From Abditibacteriaceae bacterium (GTDB lineage Bacteria > Armatimonadota > Abditibacteriia > Abditibacteriales > Abditibacteriaceae): DNA of 17,270 nucleotides. The notes below the pieces were generated by a model that did not search any database, was not told the origin of the DNA, and worked only from the letters and a program-made list of their open reading frames with translations. The stretch lies in contig JANPJS010000015.1 of the NCBI GenBank assembly GCA_031425655.1, forward strand, positions 1-17,270. Direction: 5' to 3'. Made by a program: the position numbers and the translations under genes. This document shows positions 1 through 8,249 of the stretch, in pieces. Each line of letters starts with the position of its first letter. Within the stretch, counting starts at the first letter, position 1.

Positions 1-152
1 AACGCGCCAAAGGCTTGTCGTCCACCGCCGCTTTGTGTGCCGTCGCGCGTAAACTGGCCCGCTTGTGTTGGTCGCTGGTCACCCACGGCACAACCTACGA
101 CCCAAACCGCGTTTATCAACAAAATCCCCAAAACCAGTGGCTAACCCCTTGA
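1..152 (+). CDS. IS110-family transposase/recombinase, C-terminal fragment (5' part lies outside the window)
   Basis: Frame 3 from nt 3 translates to RAKGLSSTAALCAVARKLARLCWSLVTHGTTYDPNRVYQQNPQNQWLTP* (TGA 150-152). The segment 'ALxAVARKLxRxxWxL...YDP' is the typical C-terminus of IS110 transposases. It is absent from the ORF track because there is no start codon in the window. Confidence 0.88.
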   Translation, partial: RAKGLSSTAALCAVARKLARLCWSLVTHGTTYDPNRVYQQNPQNQWLTP

Positions 153-169
153 CTTCAACCATAGAATCT
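1..169 (+). mobile_element. Right end of an IS110-group insertion sequence
   Basis: The transposase stop overlaps TTGACT (149-154, a -35 box) and is followed by ATAGAAT-CT (161-169). This resembles the IS621 donor end ACAGTAT-CT with a CT core. The right non-coding end is very short, and there are no long terminal inverted repeats. Confidence 0.78.
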
Positions 170-179
170 CTGGGCAGGA

Positions 180-192
180 CTCAGAATGACAC
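180..192. repeat. Half of a REP-like repeat (ctcagaatgacac) flanking the IS110 end
   Basis: Matches ctcaggatgacac at 13899-13911 at 12/13 positions; that copy is the arm of a perfect REP-like palindrome. Confidence 0.5.
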
Positions 193-288
193 AACTCCTT
201 CGCCTTCCCGTGATTCGCAGGCTAATGGCTGCGCCTATCATAACCCGACCGCGTAACATGAGATTGGAAGTCTTTAAACCTGAAGGGT

Positions 289-472
289 CAGGGCAATCGC
301 ATTAGGATTCTTCGGTGTTTCACGGAATGGCCCGGCGAATAAATTCGCAGCAACAAAGCGGCAAAGTCGCCCTGCGGCGACGAAAAACTCAGAAAAGAGT
401 CCACGAAGGTGGACATTGCCGAGTTGTTGCCGCGAATTTATTCGCCCGGCACGTTCTAATGCCATTGCCCTG
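289..472. mobile_element. 184-bp MITE with ISAs1-like terminal inverted repeats and a 10-bp target-site duplication
   Basis: TIR cagggcaatcgcattagga (289-307) pairs with ttctaatgccattgccctg (454-472) at 17/19 positions. It is flanked by cctgaagggt (279-288) and cctgaagggc (473-482), 9/10 identical. CAGGG termini with a roughly 8-10 bp duplication are typical of the ISAs1 family. There is no transposase ORF inside. Confidence 0.75.
331..449. repeat. Branched palindromic (REPIN-like) element nested inside the MITE
   Basis: Paired segments: ggcgaataaattcgc (334-348) with gcgaatttattcgcc (432-446), perfect; gcaacaa (350-356) with ttgttgc (424-430); cggcaa (359-364) with ttgccg (416-421). Two inner hairpins: gtcgcc-ctgc-ggcgac (366-381) and gtccac-gaag-gtggac (399-414). 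Confidence 0.8.
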
Positions 473-651
473 CCTGAAGGGCTTAGAAAAAATTAGCGCT
501 GCTCGATTTAGGATATGCAGCGCGTCTTGGACGGCGCCGTTGGTGCCGAGGCTGCGGGCACAGCAATGCGCTTGTTGCTTATAAGCCGCCATAATACAAG
601 AAGCAAATCTCTGTGATAAAATCGCCGTGATAGTCTCCTGTTGATCCTGCC

Positions 652-1374
652 ATGAGTGACATTATTTCGCCAATTCGCGTGCTGATTGCGGACGACCATT
701 TGGTCATCCGCGAGGTGTTGCGAGTTCTATTCAGGCAGAGGGAGCATTTGCAACTGGTCGGCGAAGCGGCCAGTTGCCGTGAGGTGATTGACTGCGCCGC
801 GCTGTTGCAACCCGACATCATTGTGCTCGATTTGATGCTGTCGGATGGCAGCAGCCTCGAATGTCTCGCGCAACTCAGAACTGCCGCGCCGCGTGCGAAA
901 ATCATCATGTTTTCGGGCATGGAAGATGAAGCGTTGCTTCGCCGTGCCGTGGCCGGGGGCGCGCTGGGCTGGGTGCGAAAAACGGCTTCCATCGAAGTTT
1001 TGCTGCGCGCTATCGAATGTGTTCACGCGGGCGAAGTGTGGCTGGAACGTGCCTTAGTCGCGCAAGTGTTGGGCGAGATGATTCAACACTCGTCTGCTGT
1101 GCAAAATGTCGTCTCTCCAAAACCAGCATTGGTTCTTTCTCCTCAGGACACCGCGAAAATCGCTACTCTAACAGTGCGCGAACACGAAATCATCGAACTG
1201 ATCGGACAGGGACTGAAAAACAAGCAGATCGCGGCCAAACTTTTTCTCAGTGAAAAAACGGTGCATAGCCATCTGGCCTCTGTTTTTCAGAAGCTCGAAG
1301 TTTCCGACCGGCTGGGACTGGCCGTTTTTGCTCATCGCAACGGCCTGCTTTCCTCTTCCAACTCCGTTTCCTAA
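652..1374 (+). CDS. NarL/FixJ-family response regulator (REC + LuxR-type HTH)
   Basis: The REC domain has IADDH, the phospho-acceptor Asp in DIIVLDL, Ser in MFSG and Lys in WVRK. The C-terminal LTVREHEIIELIGQGLKNKQIAAKLFLSEKTVHSHLASVFQKL is a canonical LuxR HTH. Confidence 0.95.
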   Translation: MSDIISPIRVLIADDHLVIREVLRVLFRQREHLQLVGEAASCREVIDCAALLQPDIIVLDLMLSDGSSLECLAQLRTAAPRAKIIMFSGMEDEALLRRAVAGGALGWVRKTASIEVLLRAIECVHAGEVWLERALVAQVLGEMIQHSSAVQNVVSPKPALVLSPQDTAKIATLTVREHEIIELIGQGLKNKQIAAKLFLSEKTVHSHLASVFQKLEVSDRLGLAVFAHRNGLLSSSNSVS

Positions 1375-1377
1375 AAC

Positions 1378-1414
1378 CGGTAATTTTACCGAGAGAGTTT
1401 CGGCCAAATTACCG
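1378..1414. promoter_or_regulatory. Pair of 14-bp palindromic boxes, putative activator sites upstream of the PilZ gene
   Basis: CGGTAATTTTACCG (1378-1391) and CGGCCAAATTACCG (1401-1414) lie 23 bp apart. A candidate -10 CATAAT is at 1439-1444, with no consensus -35. Confidence 0.45.
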
Positions 1415-1442
1415 AGGCGGCTTAATCTTCGATCACGACATA

Positions 1443-1796
1443 ATGGTTGATACAACCATGAATGTTTCCACTCAGTCACACGATTCTCAGGACGAACTGC
1501 GCCGCGAGCCACGCTTAGACGTGGATTTTTTGGCGCTGGTGCGCGGCGTGGACGCGCGCGGACGCCGTTTCGAGGAACCGGCCTCACTGAACAATCTCAG
1601 TAGCGGCGGCCTTTATTTGCGTTTGCGTCATCGCGTTGCCAAAGGCGAGCGGCTTTTCATCGCCTTTCGCTTCGCTTCTGCCCTCGAAACGCCCGCGCTG
1701 GCGGTGGCGGCGCGTGGTGAGGTGCGCCATGTGGCGCCTCAATCCGATGGCCGCTGTGGACTGGGCATCATGTTTCAGCGTTATCGCACGTTGTGA
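1443..1796 (+). CDS. Stand-alone PilZ-domain protein (putative c-di-GMP receptor); alternative start ATG at 1458
   Basis: Both PilZ ligand motifs are intact: RxxxR (RREPR) and [D/N]xSxxG (NLSSGG). The C-terminal strands GEVRHV...GLGIMF fit the PilZ barrel. Confidence 0.88.
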   Translation: MVDTTMNVSTQSHDSQDELRREPRLDVDFLALVRGVDARGRRFEEPASLNNLSSGGLYLRLRHRVAKGERLFIAFRFASALETPALAVAARGEVRHVAPQSDGRCGLGIMFQRYRTL

Positions 1797-1869
1797 GCTA
1801 TCCGAGTGATCTATCGAGGCTTACGCCTCGTTTTATTTCAAAAGAACAAGAGGAAAAGGAGAAGGAATT

Positions 1870-4116
1870 ATGCAAAGGTCGTTTTGGAATCGCCGGCTTC
1901 AAATGCCGGCAGCACTACTGTTTCTCATGGCGTGCTTAATGGGCGCGCTGCCATCGCACGCAGCCGTCACCGGCAACATCGGCAGCGCGGCCATTGAGAT
2001 TGACGCCAACGCGAATCTCTATCCCGCCAATGCGCCGTTCAACCCACCGGGTTTTGTGAACGGTCCGATCCTGAACTCCGGCGCTACCGCCGACTGGGTC
2101 AAAAACGCTAACGCCAACACCGACGCGGCCAGTCTATCCAACAGCATCGCAACGGGCATCATACCGGGCGTGACTGGCGCCACTGGCGGCAAAGGCCACT
2201 GGAACGGCGTGCGCATCGTAGACGGCATCGCCGGCAACGATAACAACATCTTCCTGACCGGCGGCAAGGAAAACGATGTCAGCACCTGGAACATCGGCCC
2301 TGGCACGACCGGTTCAGCGAAATACGACATTTCGCAGGCGTATTTAGCCAACAACCAGCAGTCGCTTTTTTTCGGCATGGAGCGATTGGGCAACAACGGC
2401 ACGACCGCCTTCGACTTCGAGTTCAACCAGTTGGCGCCCAAAGCGGCCACACCGCTTTTCCCGAATCGCTCACTCGGCGATGTGCTCTTCACGTTTGAAA
2501 TGATGGGTTCCGGGAGCAGCGGCTCGGCGGTGCCTCACTATTACACATGGAACGGCTCGAAATTCGTCGAGAAAAGCCCACCGCCTTCCAGCCTGATTAG
2601 CTCAATTAACAACGTGGAGACGCCCTCGGCACCGTGGGGCACCGTGGACAGCCGCAATACCTGGGTTATCGGCACCATTCCGCGTTTCCAGTTCGCTGAG
2701 GCAGCGGTGAATATCGCTCAGGCGTTCCCGAAGTTCACCGCGTGCAATAATCGCGCGTTCGTGCAAATTCGCACTCGCGCCTCATCCACCGAAAATAGCG
2801 ACTTGAAAGACACCACAGAAATCTTCGAGTTTTTCTTCGGCGGCCCCAAAGCGGCTGGTGAACTCGCCACGAATTGCGAACAAAGCTTCACTTACGATGC
2901 CTCCGCTTCGCGTGATAGCTCCGGCGACACTGCGCTCACTTATCAATGGGCGTTCAAAGCGCCCACCGGCGTGACGCTCAGCGGCACCGTCCTTACCGGC
3001 CCCGATGCGAACGGTTTCTATCGCTCCACCTCAAAAACCGGCACCGTCAGCGTGAATCTGCCCAGTGGCGTCAATTCCGGGGTCATTACCGCCAGCCTGA
3101 CCACCGTAGAAGGCGCGGGCTGCACGGCGGCCATCGCCAATCTGAACGTGACCGTTTATCGCAAGTTGGCCGCAACGGCGACATTGGCCACGCAGTGCAA
3201 TCTGACCATCACTTATACGGGCACGGCCAGCGGCGGCAAAGCGCCTTATGCTTATAGCTGGCAATTCCAGAAGAACAGCGCCGATGACGGCAGCGGCACC
3301 TGGAGCAACGTCGGCACCGGCAACACGGCCAGCGGTTCGCTGACCGTTGCTACGGCGGGCGCCTATCGTGGAGTGCTCACTGTTACCGACACCGCCGACA
3401 GCGCGGTCAACGGCAAGCCGCAGTGCCAGACGCAGGCGATTTCCCCAACAGTCAACGTTTATCCGGCAGTTGGCGGCTCGGTGCGCCTGAACCCCGATTG
3501 CGACGACACTTTCACTTATTCAGCCAGCGGCAGCGGTGGATTGGCGCCTTATACCTTCGATTGGACGATTCAAAAGCAGGTCAACGGCGCTTGGGTGACG
3601 GCGAAAATCTTCACCTCCGGCCCGGTGGCCAGCAGCAACGGCACGCTCGACGTGGACGATTTTGCCGCCGGAGCCAACGGCGATGGCCACTATCGCGCCC
3701 TGGTGACGATCACCGACAGCCAGAGTCCCGGCTGCGACAAAACGCTCGTTTCCAATGAAATTGACGTGTTGCACGCGCTGACCGCCACCGCTACCAAAAC
3801 CAGCGCCAACGGCAGCACACTGACCGTAACTCTCACCGCGACTTCGGCCAGCGGCGCCACCTTCCAATGGCAGAAGTTAGTCAACGGCGCGTGGACGGAC
3901 ATCGCCAATGCGACGGGCACAACGCTGGCCTATTCGAGCTTCGAGGCCGATGTCGCGCCGACGGCAACCAGTTTCACGCTTGGCGCCGATAGCTACTTCG
4001 GCAAGCTTTACACGGTGCAGATTCGTGCGAAGGCAAAACGCACGCTCAACGGCATCGTGTGCGACGCGATTTCAGCTCCCGAAGCAGTGAAAAAAGTCGT
4101 GGCGGTTGACCCGTAA
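1870..4116 (+). CDS. Secreted 748-aa protein: N-terminal beta-rich domain plus 3-4 PKD/Ig-like repeats (adhesin- or surface-structure-like)
   Basis: Purine-rich RBS (aaggagaagga) and a Sec signal ending PSHA/A. Thr/Ala/Gly/Ser-rich. Repeats of about 100 aa begin ATNCEQSFTYDASA...YQW, ATQCNLTITYTGTASGGKAPYAYSW and NPDCDDTFTYSASGSGGLAPYTFDW. No transmembrane or LPxTG anchor. Confidence 0.85.
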   Translation: MQRSFWNRRLQMPAALLFLMACLMGALPSHAAVTGNIGSAAIEIDANANLYPANAPFNPPGFVNGPILNSGATADWVKNANANTDAASLSNSIATGIIPGVTGATGGKGHWNGVRIVDGIAGNDNNIFLTGGKENDVSTWNIGPGTTGSAKYDISQAYLANNQQSLFFGMERLGNNGTTAFDFEFNQLAPKAATPLFPNRSLGDVLFTFEMMGSGSSGSAVPHYYTWNGSKFVEKSPPPSSLISSINNVETPSAPWGTVDSRNTWVIGTIPRFQFAEAAVNIAQAFPKFTACNNRAFVQIRTRASSTENSDLKDTTEIFEFFFGGPKAAGELATNCEQSFTYDASASRDSSGDTALTYQWAFKAPTGVTLSGTVLTGPDANGFYRSTSKTGTVSVNLPSGVNSGVITASLTTVEGAGCTAAIANLNVTVYRKLAATATLATQCNLTITYTGTASGGKAPYAYSWQFQKNSADDGSGTWSNVGTGNTASGSLTVATAGAYRGVLTVTDTADSAVNGKPQCQTQAISPTVNVYPAVGGSVRLNPDCDDTFTYSASGSGGLAPYTFDWTIQKQVNGAWVTAKIFTSGPVASSNGTLDVDDFAAGANGDGHYRALVTITDSQSPGCDKTLVSNEIDVLHALTATATKTSANGSTLTVTLTATSASGATFQWQKLVNGAWTDIANATGTTLAYSSFEADVAPTATSFTLGADSYFGKLYTVQIRAKAKRTLNGIVCDAISAPEAVKKVVAVDP

Positions 4117-4134
4117 TCTTCCGCTAAGAAAGGC

Positions 4135-4181
4135 AAAACAACTTCCGCTGTCGGGCATATCCGACAGCGGAAGTTGTTTTT
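4135..4181 (+). terminator. Intrinsic terminator (potentially bidirectional)
   Basis: Perfect 20-bp inverted repeat aaaacaacttccgctgtcgg (4135-4154) / ccgacagcggaagttgtttt (4161-4180) with a 6-nt loop and T-tract, 18 nt after the stop codon. Confidence 0.85.
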
Positions 4182-4228
4182 GTAGTGGCCCCTGTTGCGC
4201 CTCCATTACGAGAGCGCAACGCTTCCGA

Positions 4229-4258
4229 TTGAAACATACTAAGCCTACGTTTTACGAT
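4229..4258 (+). promoter_or_regulatory. Candidate sigma70 promoter of the oxidoreductase operon
   Basis: TTGAAA (4229-4234) - 18 nt - TACGAT (4253-4258), located between the terminator and the RBS ggagga (4274-4279). Confidence 0.45.
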
Positions 4259-4288
4259 GCCGAAGTCAGGCGCGGAGGAATTTACTTT

Positions 4289-5620
4289 ATGAAAAATCAG
4301 CAGATTTCCGATGAAGGTAAAAGCGCGTTATCGCGGCGCTCGTTTCTGAATCAAACGGCGCGTATCGGCGCGGGCGCTTTGATGATTCCGCAAATCGTGC
4401 GCGCCCAGGCTTTGGGACAAGGCCGCACGGCGGCGAGCAAGCGCATCGTGATGGGCGCCATCGGCGTGGGCGGACAGGGCGCGCGCCACGTCGTCGGCGG
4501 CATTTGGACGCCCGACGGCGGTTTAGTTGGGCGCGACGACGTGCAATTTGTCGCGGTTTGCGACGTGAACGCTAACCGCCGCAACGAAGTGCGCGACGCG
4601 GTTAACGCGCGCTACGGCAACAAAGACTGCGTGGCTTATCGGGACTATCGGGAACTGCTGGCGCGTCCCGATATTGACGCGGTTCTCATCGCTACCGGCG
4701 ACCGCTGGCATCCTCTGGTTTCCATCGCCGCGGCGCGGGCGGGCAAAGACGTTTACTGCGAAAAACCAATTTCCGTGACGATTGAAGAAGGTATCGTCAT
4801 GCGCCGCGAAGTGCGCCGCTACGGCACGGTTTTCCAGATGGGCACGCAGCAAAGGTCGAGTCTGGCGTTTCGCTCGACCTGCGAGCTGGTTCGCAACGGT
4901 TATATCGGCGAAGTGAAGGAAGTGGTCGTCGGAGTCGGCGGGCCGGCGACGGTTCGCCAGTGCAGCTTGCCGGCCCAGCCCGTTCCCGACTGGCTCGATT
5001 ACGATCTGTGGCTTGGCCCGGCGCCGTGGCGCCCTTATCACGCCGATTACGTGGGCGGCTGGATGGCTTACCGTGACCTTTCCGGCGGCGAAATGACCAA
5101 CTGGGGCGCGCATCACTTCGACATCGCGCAGTGGGGCTTGGGCATGGACGACAGCGGCCCCGTCGAAGTGCTTCCGCCCGACGGCAAAGACGTGAAAACC
5201 CTGACGTATCGCTACGCCAACGGCGTGGTCATGACGCGCGACCCCGACCGTTTGCAACGCGAAGCCGGGCAGAATAACGGCCTGATGTTCGTCGGCACGA
5301 AGGGCAAAGTCGCGGCGTGGCGCTACGCTTTCAAAACATGGCCGGATAATTTGGCGCGCCAGAAAATGCGCCCCGAAGAAATCCATTTGCACAGCGCGGA
5401 AAACCATCACAGCGATTTTCTCAACTCGGTGCGCACGCGCACGCGGCCCGGCAGCGACATCGGCATCGGTGCCCGCACTTTAACCGTGTGCCATCTGGGA
5501 AACATCGCTTACGAATTGGGCCGCCCTGTGCGCTGGAATCCGACCGACGAGCATTTCGTGGACGATGCGGAAGCCGACCGCCTTTTTTCGCGCCAAATGC
5601 GCAGCCCGTGGCATCTGTGA
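4289..5620 (+). CDS. Gfo/Idh/MocA-family NAD(P)-dependent oxidoreductase with Tat signal (443 aa)
   Basis: RBS ggagga precedes ATG 4289, so the ORF-track start at 4106 is too early. Twin-arginine SRRSFL, Rossmann GVGGQG, CDV, ATGDRWH, YCEKP, WLGPAP, GGEMTNWGAHHFD. Confidence 0.93.
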   Translation: MKNQQISDEGKSALSRRSFLNQTARIGAGALMIPQIVRAQALGQGRTAASKRIVMGAIGVGGQGARHVVGGIWTPDGGLVGRDDVQFVAVCDVNANRRNEVRDAVNARYGNKDCVAYRDYRELLARPDIDAVLIATGDRWHPLVSIAAARAGKDVYCEKPISVTIEEGIVMRREVRRYGTVFQMGTQQRSSLAFRSTCELVRNGYIGEVKEVVVGVGGPATVRQCSLPAQPVPDWLDYDLWLGPAPWRPYHADYVGGWMAYRDLSGGEMTNWGAHHFDIAQWGLGMDDSGPVEVLPPDGKDVKTLTYRYANGVVMTRDPDRLQREAGQNNGLMFVGTKGKVAAWRYAFKTWPDNLARQKMRPEEIHLHSAENHHSDFLNSVRTRTRPGSDIGIGARTLTVCHLGNIAYELGRPVRWNPTDEHFVDDAEADRLFSRQMRSPWHL

Positions 5621-5625
5621 AAACC

Positions 5626-8190
5626 ATGAAAGTATTCAATTCCTTTGGTTTAATCGGTCTGATTGCTTTGTCTTTCTGCGGCTCGGCGAACGCGCAAGGC
5701 GAACGCGCGGCCTCGCTGGAACGCTTGAAAACCTATCGTTTCGGCGGCGATCAAGCGGTGCTGAACAGCGTGTCGCAATGGGTTAATGCGGCGCGCGGCA
5801 ATGCCGAAAATCGGCGCGGCGCGGCCCGCGATCTGGCGACGATTCTCACCTCCGACGCCTCATTCGATGCCAAACAATTCGCCTGCCGCGAACTCGTGCT
5901 TATCGCCGGCGACGAGCAAGTTGCGGCCTTAACGGCGCTGCTCGGCGACGAGGCTTTGGCGCACTACGCGCTGTTGGTTTTGGCGCGCATTCCCGGCCCG
6001 ATTGTCAACGAGGCGTTGCGCCGCGAGTTACCACGCGCTGCGCCACGAACGCAAATCGGAATCATGGAAACGCTGGGCGCGAAGGGCGACAGCGAATCCG
6101 TCGCGCTTTTGGCCGGCAAACTTGACAACGCCGACGCGAATATAGCCGAGGCCGCCGCGTCGGCGCTGGGCAAAATCGGCACTTCGCCCGCCGTGACGGC
6201 GCTGCTAAAAGCCTACGCGCCGTCTGCCGGCGAGCGACGTTTAGCGTATGGCCGCGCTCTGCTGGAATCCGCCGAACGCCTGCGCGTAGCCGGCGATGCG
6301 ACTGCGGCTTTGGCTATTTACGAATTTCTGGATCGCAACGCGGCCACGCCGCAAATCGGCGCTGGAGCCTTGCGCGGGTTGGCGGGAATCGGCGGCATAA
6401 AAGCTCTTCCGCGCTTGTTGGACGCGCTGGGCAAAGACGATTCGCCGATGCAGCCCATCGCCGCCAATTTGCTGCGCGAAGTTGCGGGCGCGGGCGTAAC
6501 GGCGCGTTTGGGCGAGCGACTGCCGCAACTGTCGCCGAAAGCGCAACTGCTGCTCATCGCGGCGTTAGGCGACCGGGGCGATTCGGCTGCGGTTCCGGCT
6601 CTTGCGGCGATGGCGCGCAGCACCGATTCGGCGCTGAAAATGGCGGCGCTGAACGCTTTGGGCGCCGTCGGCGACGTTTCGACGGTGCCTTTGCTGTTGC
6701 AAATTGCCGGCGGCGCGGTGGGCGAATCGCGCACGGCGGCGCGGGCCGGTCTGGCGCGTTTGCGCGGAACAGGCGTAGACGAAAAGCTGCTGGCGCTGTG
6801 GACGAAAGCCGAACCCGCAACGCAAGTAGAAATTATCAACACGCTGGGCCAGCGCCGCGCCGAAACTGCCGTTCCGCGCTTAGTCGAAGCCGCGCGCAGC
6901 CCGCAACCGGAGGTCGGGGCTGCGGCGATTCGCGTTTTGCGCGACATGGGCCGCGCGCAAGATTTGCCGGCTTTGTTAGCGGCACTTCCGACGGCGCAAA
7001 ATAACCGCGCGGCATTGGCGAATGCCATTACGGAAATCGCACGGCGCGGAAGCGATGAAAACCAGCGCACTCAGGCCATTTTAGCGCGACTTAAAGCCAC
7101 ATCAGCGGCGCCGGAACGCGCCGAGTTGATTCCCATTCTCGGCAAAGTCGGCGGCCCGGAAGCCTTGAAAATCCTGCGCGCGGCGCTGGGCGATGCCGTT
7201 CCCGATGTGCGTTTGGCGGCGCTACGCCAATTGGCCGAATGGCCGGGGGACGAGCCGATGAGCGATTTGCTGCGTGTCGTGCGCGCAACGCCCGACGAAA
7301 AGCAGCGCGCCATCGCTTTGCGCGGTTATCTGGGAATGCTCGGAATGGCCTCGCAGCGTTCGCCGGAGGAAACGCAGGCGGTTTATCGTGAAGTGTTGCC
7401 TTTGGTCAAAAACGCGGCGGAAAAGCGTTTGCTGCTTTCCGGATTGGCCAAGTTGCCCTCGCTGCCCGCGCTGCAATTCGCCATGCCTTTTCTCGCGGAT
7501 GCCGAAGTTCGTGGCGATGCTGAAATCGCAGTTGTGGAAATCGGACGCGGCACAGCGGGTGCGTGGCGCGAGAAAACTCGCGGGGCGCTGGAGCCAATCG
7601 CCAAAATTTCGGCGGACGAAAACATGCGCACTCGCGCGACGGAAGTGCTGAATTTAATAGACAAATTCGGCGATTTCGCAACGGCGTGGGAAGCCTCGCC
7701 GGCTTATGAACGCGAAGGCGCGACTTGCGAGCAACTTTTCGACATCGCTTTCGCGCCCGAAGAGCCGGCGAAAGCAAAACAAGTCGCGTGGCGCCTGATT
7801 CCGATGGGCACAATGCCCGCGCAGCCGTGGCTGCTCGATCTTTTGGCATTGTGGGGCGGCGAACAGCGCGTGGCTTATTTGCGCACGGCGGTTTGGTCGA
7901 AGGAGGCGCGCGAAGTGGTTTTAGGACTGGGCAGCGACGACGGCGCGAAGCTGTGGTGCAACGGCCAAATCGTCTTGTCGAATAACGTGCAGCGCGCCGT
8001 CGCGGAGGGTCAGGACAAGGCGAAACTGCCTTTGAAAGCCGGTTGGAACCAGCTTTTGCTCAAAGTCACGCAAAACAATCAGGGCTGGGGCGCCTGCGCG
8101 CGTTTCGCCAACGCCGACGGCACGGCGGCGACCGGACTGCTCAATGTCATTCCTTCGGGCATGGATGCCGTTTCGACCGGCGCGCCGTGA
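5626..8190 (+). CDS. Exported HEAT/PBS-lyase-repeat protein with a C-terminal beta-sandwich (PA14/galactose-binding-like) domain (854 aa)
   Basis: ATG lies 5 nt after the upstream stop (or GTG 5617 overlaps it). Signal peptide MKVFNSFGLIGLIALSFCGSANA. Many AAxALGxIG-type helical repeats. C-terminal LGSDDGAKLWCNG...LKAGWNQLLLKV...WG. Confidence 0.85.
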   Translation: MKVFNSFGLIGLIALSFCGSANAQGERAASLERLKTYRFGGDQAVLNSVSQWVNAARGNAENRRGAARDLATILTSDASFDAKQFACRELVLIAGDEQVAALTALLGDEALAHYALLVLARIPGPIVNEALRRELPRAAPRTQIGIMETLGAKGDSESVALLAGKLDNADANIAEAAASALGKIGTSPAVTALLKAYAPSAGERRLAYGRALLESAERLRVAGDATAALAIYEFLDRNAATPQIGAGALRGLAGIGGIKALPRLLDALGKDDSPMQPIAANLLREVAGAGVTARLGERLPQLSPKAQLLLIAALGDRGDSAAVPALAAMARSTDSALKMAALNALGAVGDVSTVPLLLQIAGGAVGESRTAARAGLARLRGTGVDEKLLALWTKAEPATQVEIINTLGQRRAETAVPRLVEAARSPQPEVGAAAIRVLRDMGRAQDLPALLAALPTAQNNRAALANAITEIARRGSDENQRTQAILARLKATSAAPERAELIPILGKVGGPEALKILRAALGDAVPDVRLAALRQLAEWPGDEPMSDLLRVVRATPDEKQRAIALRGYLGMLGMASQRSPEETQAVYREVLPLVKNAAEKRLLLSGLAKLPSLPALQFAMPFLADAEVRGDAEIAVVEIGRGTAGAWREKTRGALEPIAKISADENMRTRATEVLNLIDKFGDFATAWEASPAYEREGATCEQLFDIAFAPEEPAKAKQVAWRLIPMGTMPAQPWLLDLLALWGGEQRVAYLRTAVWSKEAREVVLGLGSDDGAKLWCNGQIVLSNNVQRAVAEGQDKAKLPLKAGWNQLLLKVTQNNQGWGACARFANADGTAATGLLNVIPSGMDAVSTGAP

Positions 8191-8249
8191 AAAGCAACGA
8201 ACGACGCCCGAATGTATCGAATAATTCCGATTTCAAGGAGAACGCGATT

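Noticed and set aside
357..432. c-di-GMP-I (GEMM) riboswitch-like string GGCAAA-hairpin-GAAAAAC...GAGTTG upstream of a regulator/PilZ module
   Set aside because: The hairpin loop is CTGC rather than GNRA, there is no tetraloop receptor, and the GACGCAAA junction is absent. The sequence is fully explained by the symmetric palindrome inside a MITE. A cmscan against RF01051 would settle it.
65..592. Short ORFs 65-256, 274-465, 315-584 and 389-592
   Set aside because: They overlap the IS110 end and the palindromic MITE, and show no RBS or recognisable domain.
4194..4220. Small hairpin gttgcgc-ctc...gag-a-gcgcaac upstream of the oxidoreductase promoter
   Set aside because: It has only a 7-bp perfect arm and no second copy in the window; too weak to call an operator.
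4106..4288. N-terminal extensions in the ORF track (starts 4106, 5488, 8043, 9657, 13749, 14273)
   Set aside because: They run through terminators, repeats, leaders or upstream genes. Downstream ATGs have an RBS or translational coupling and, for the exported proteins, put the signal peptide at the N-terminus.
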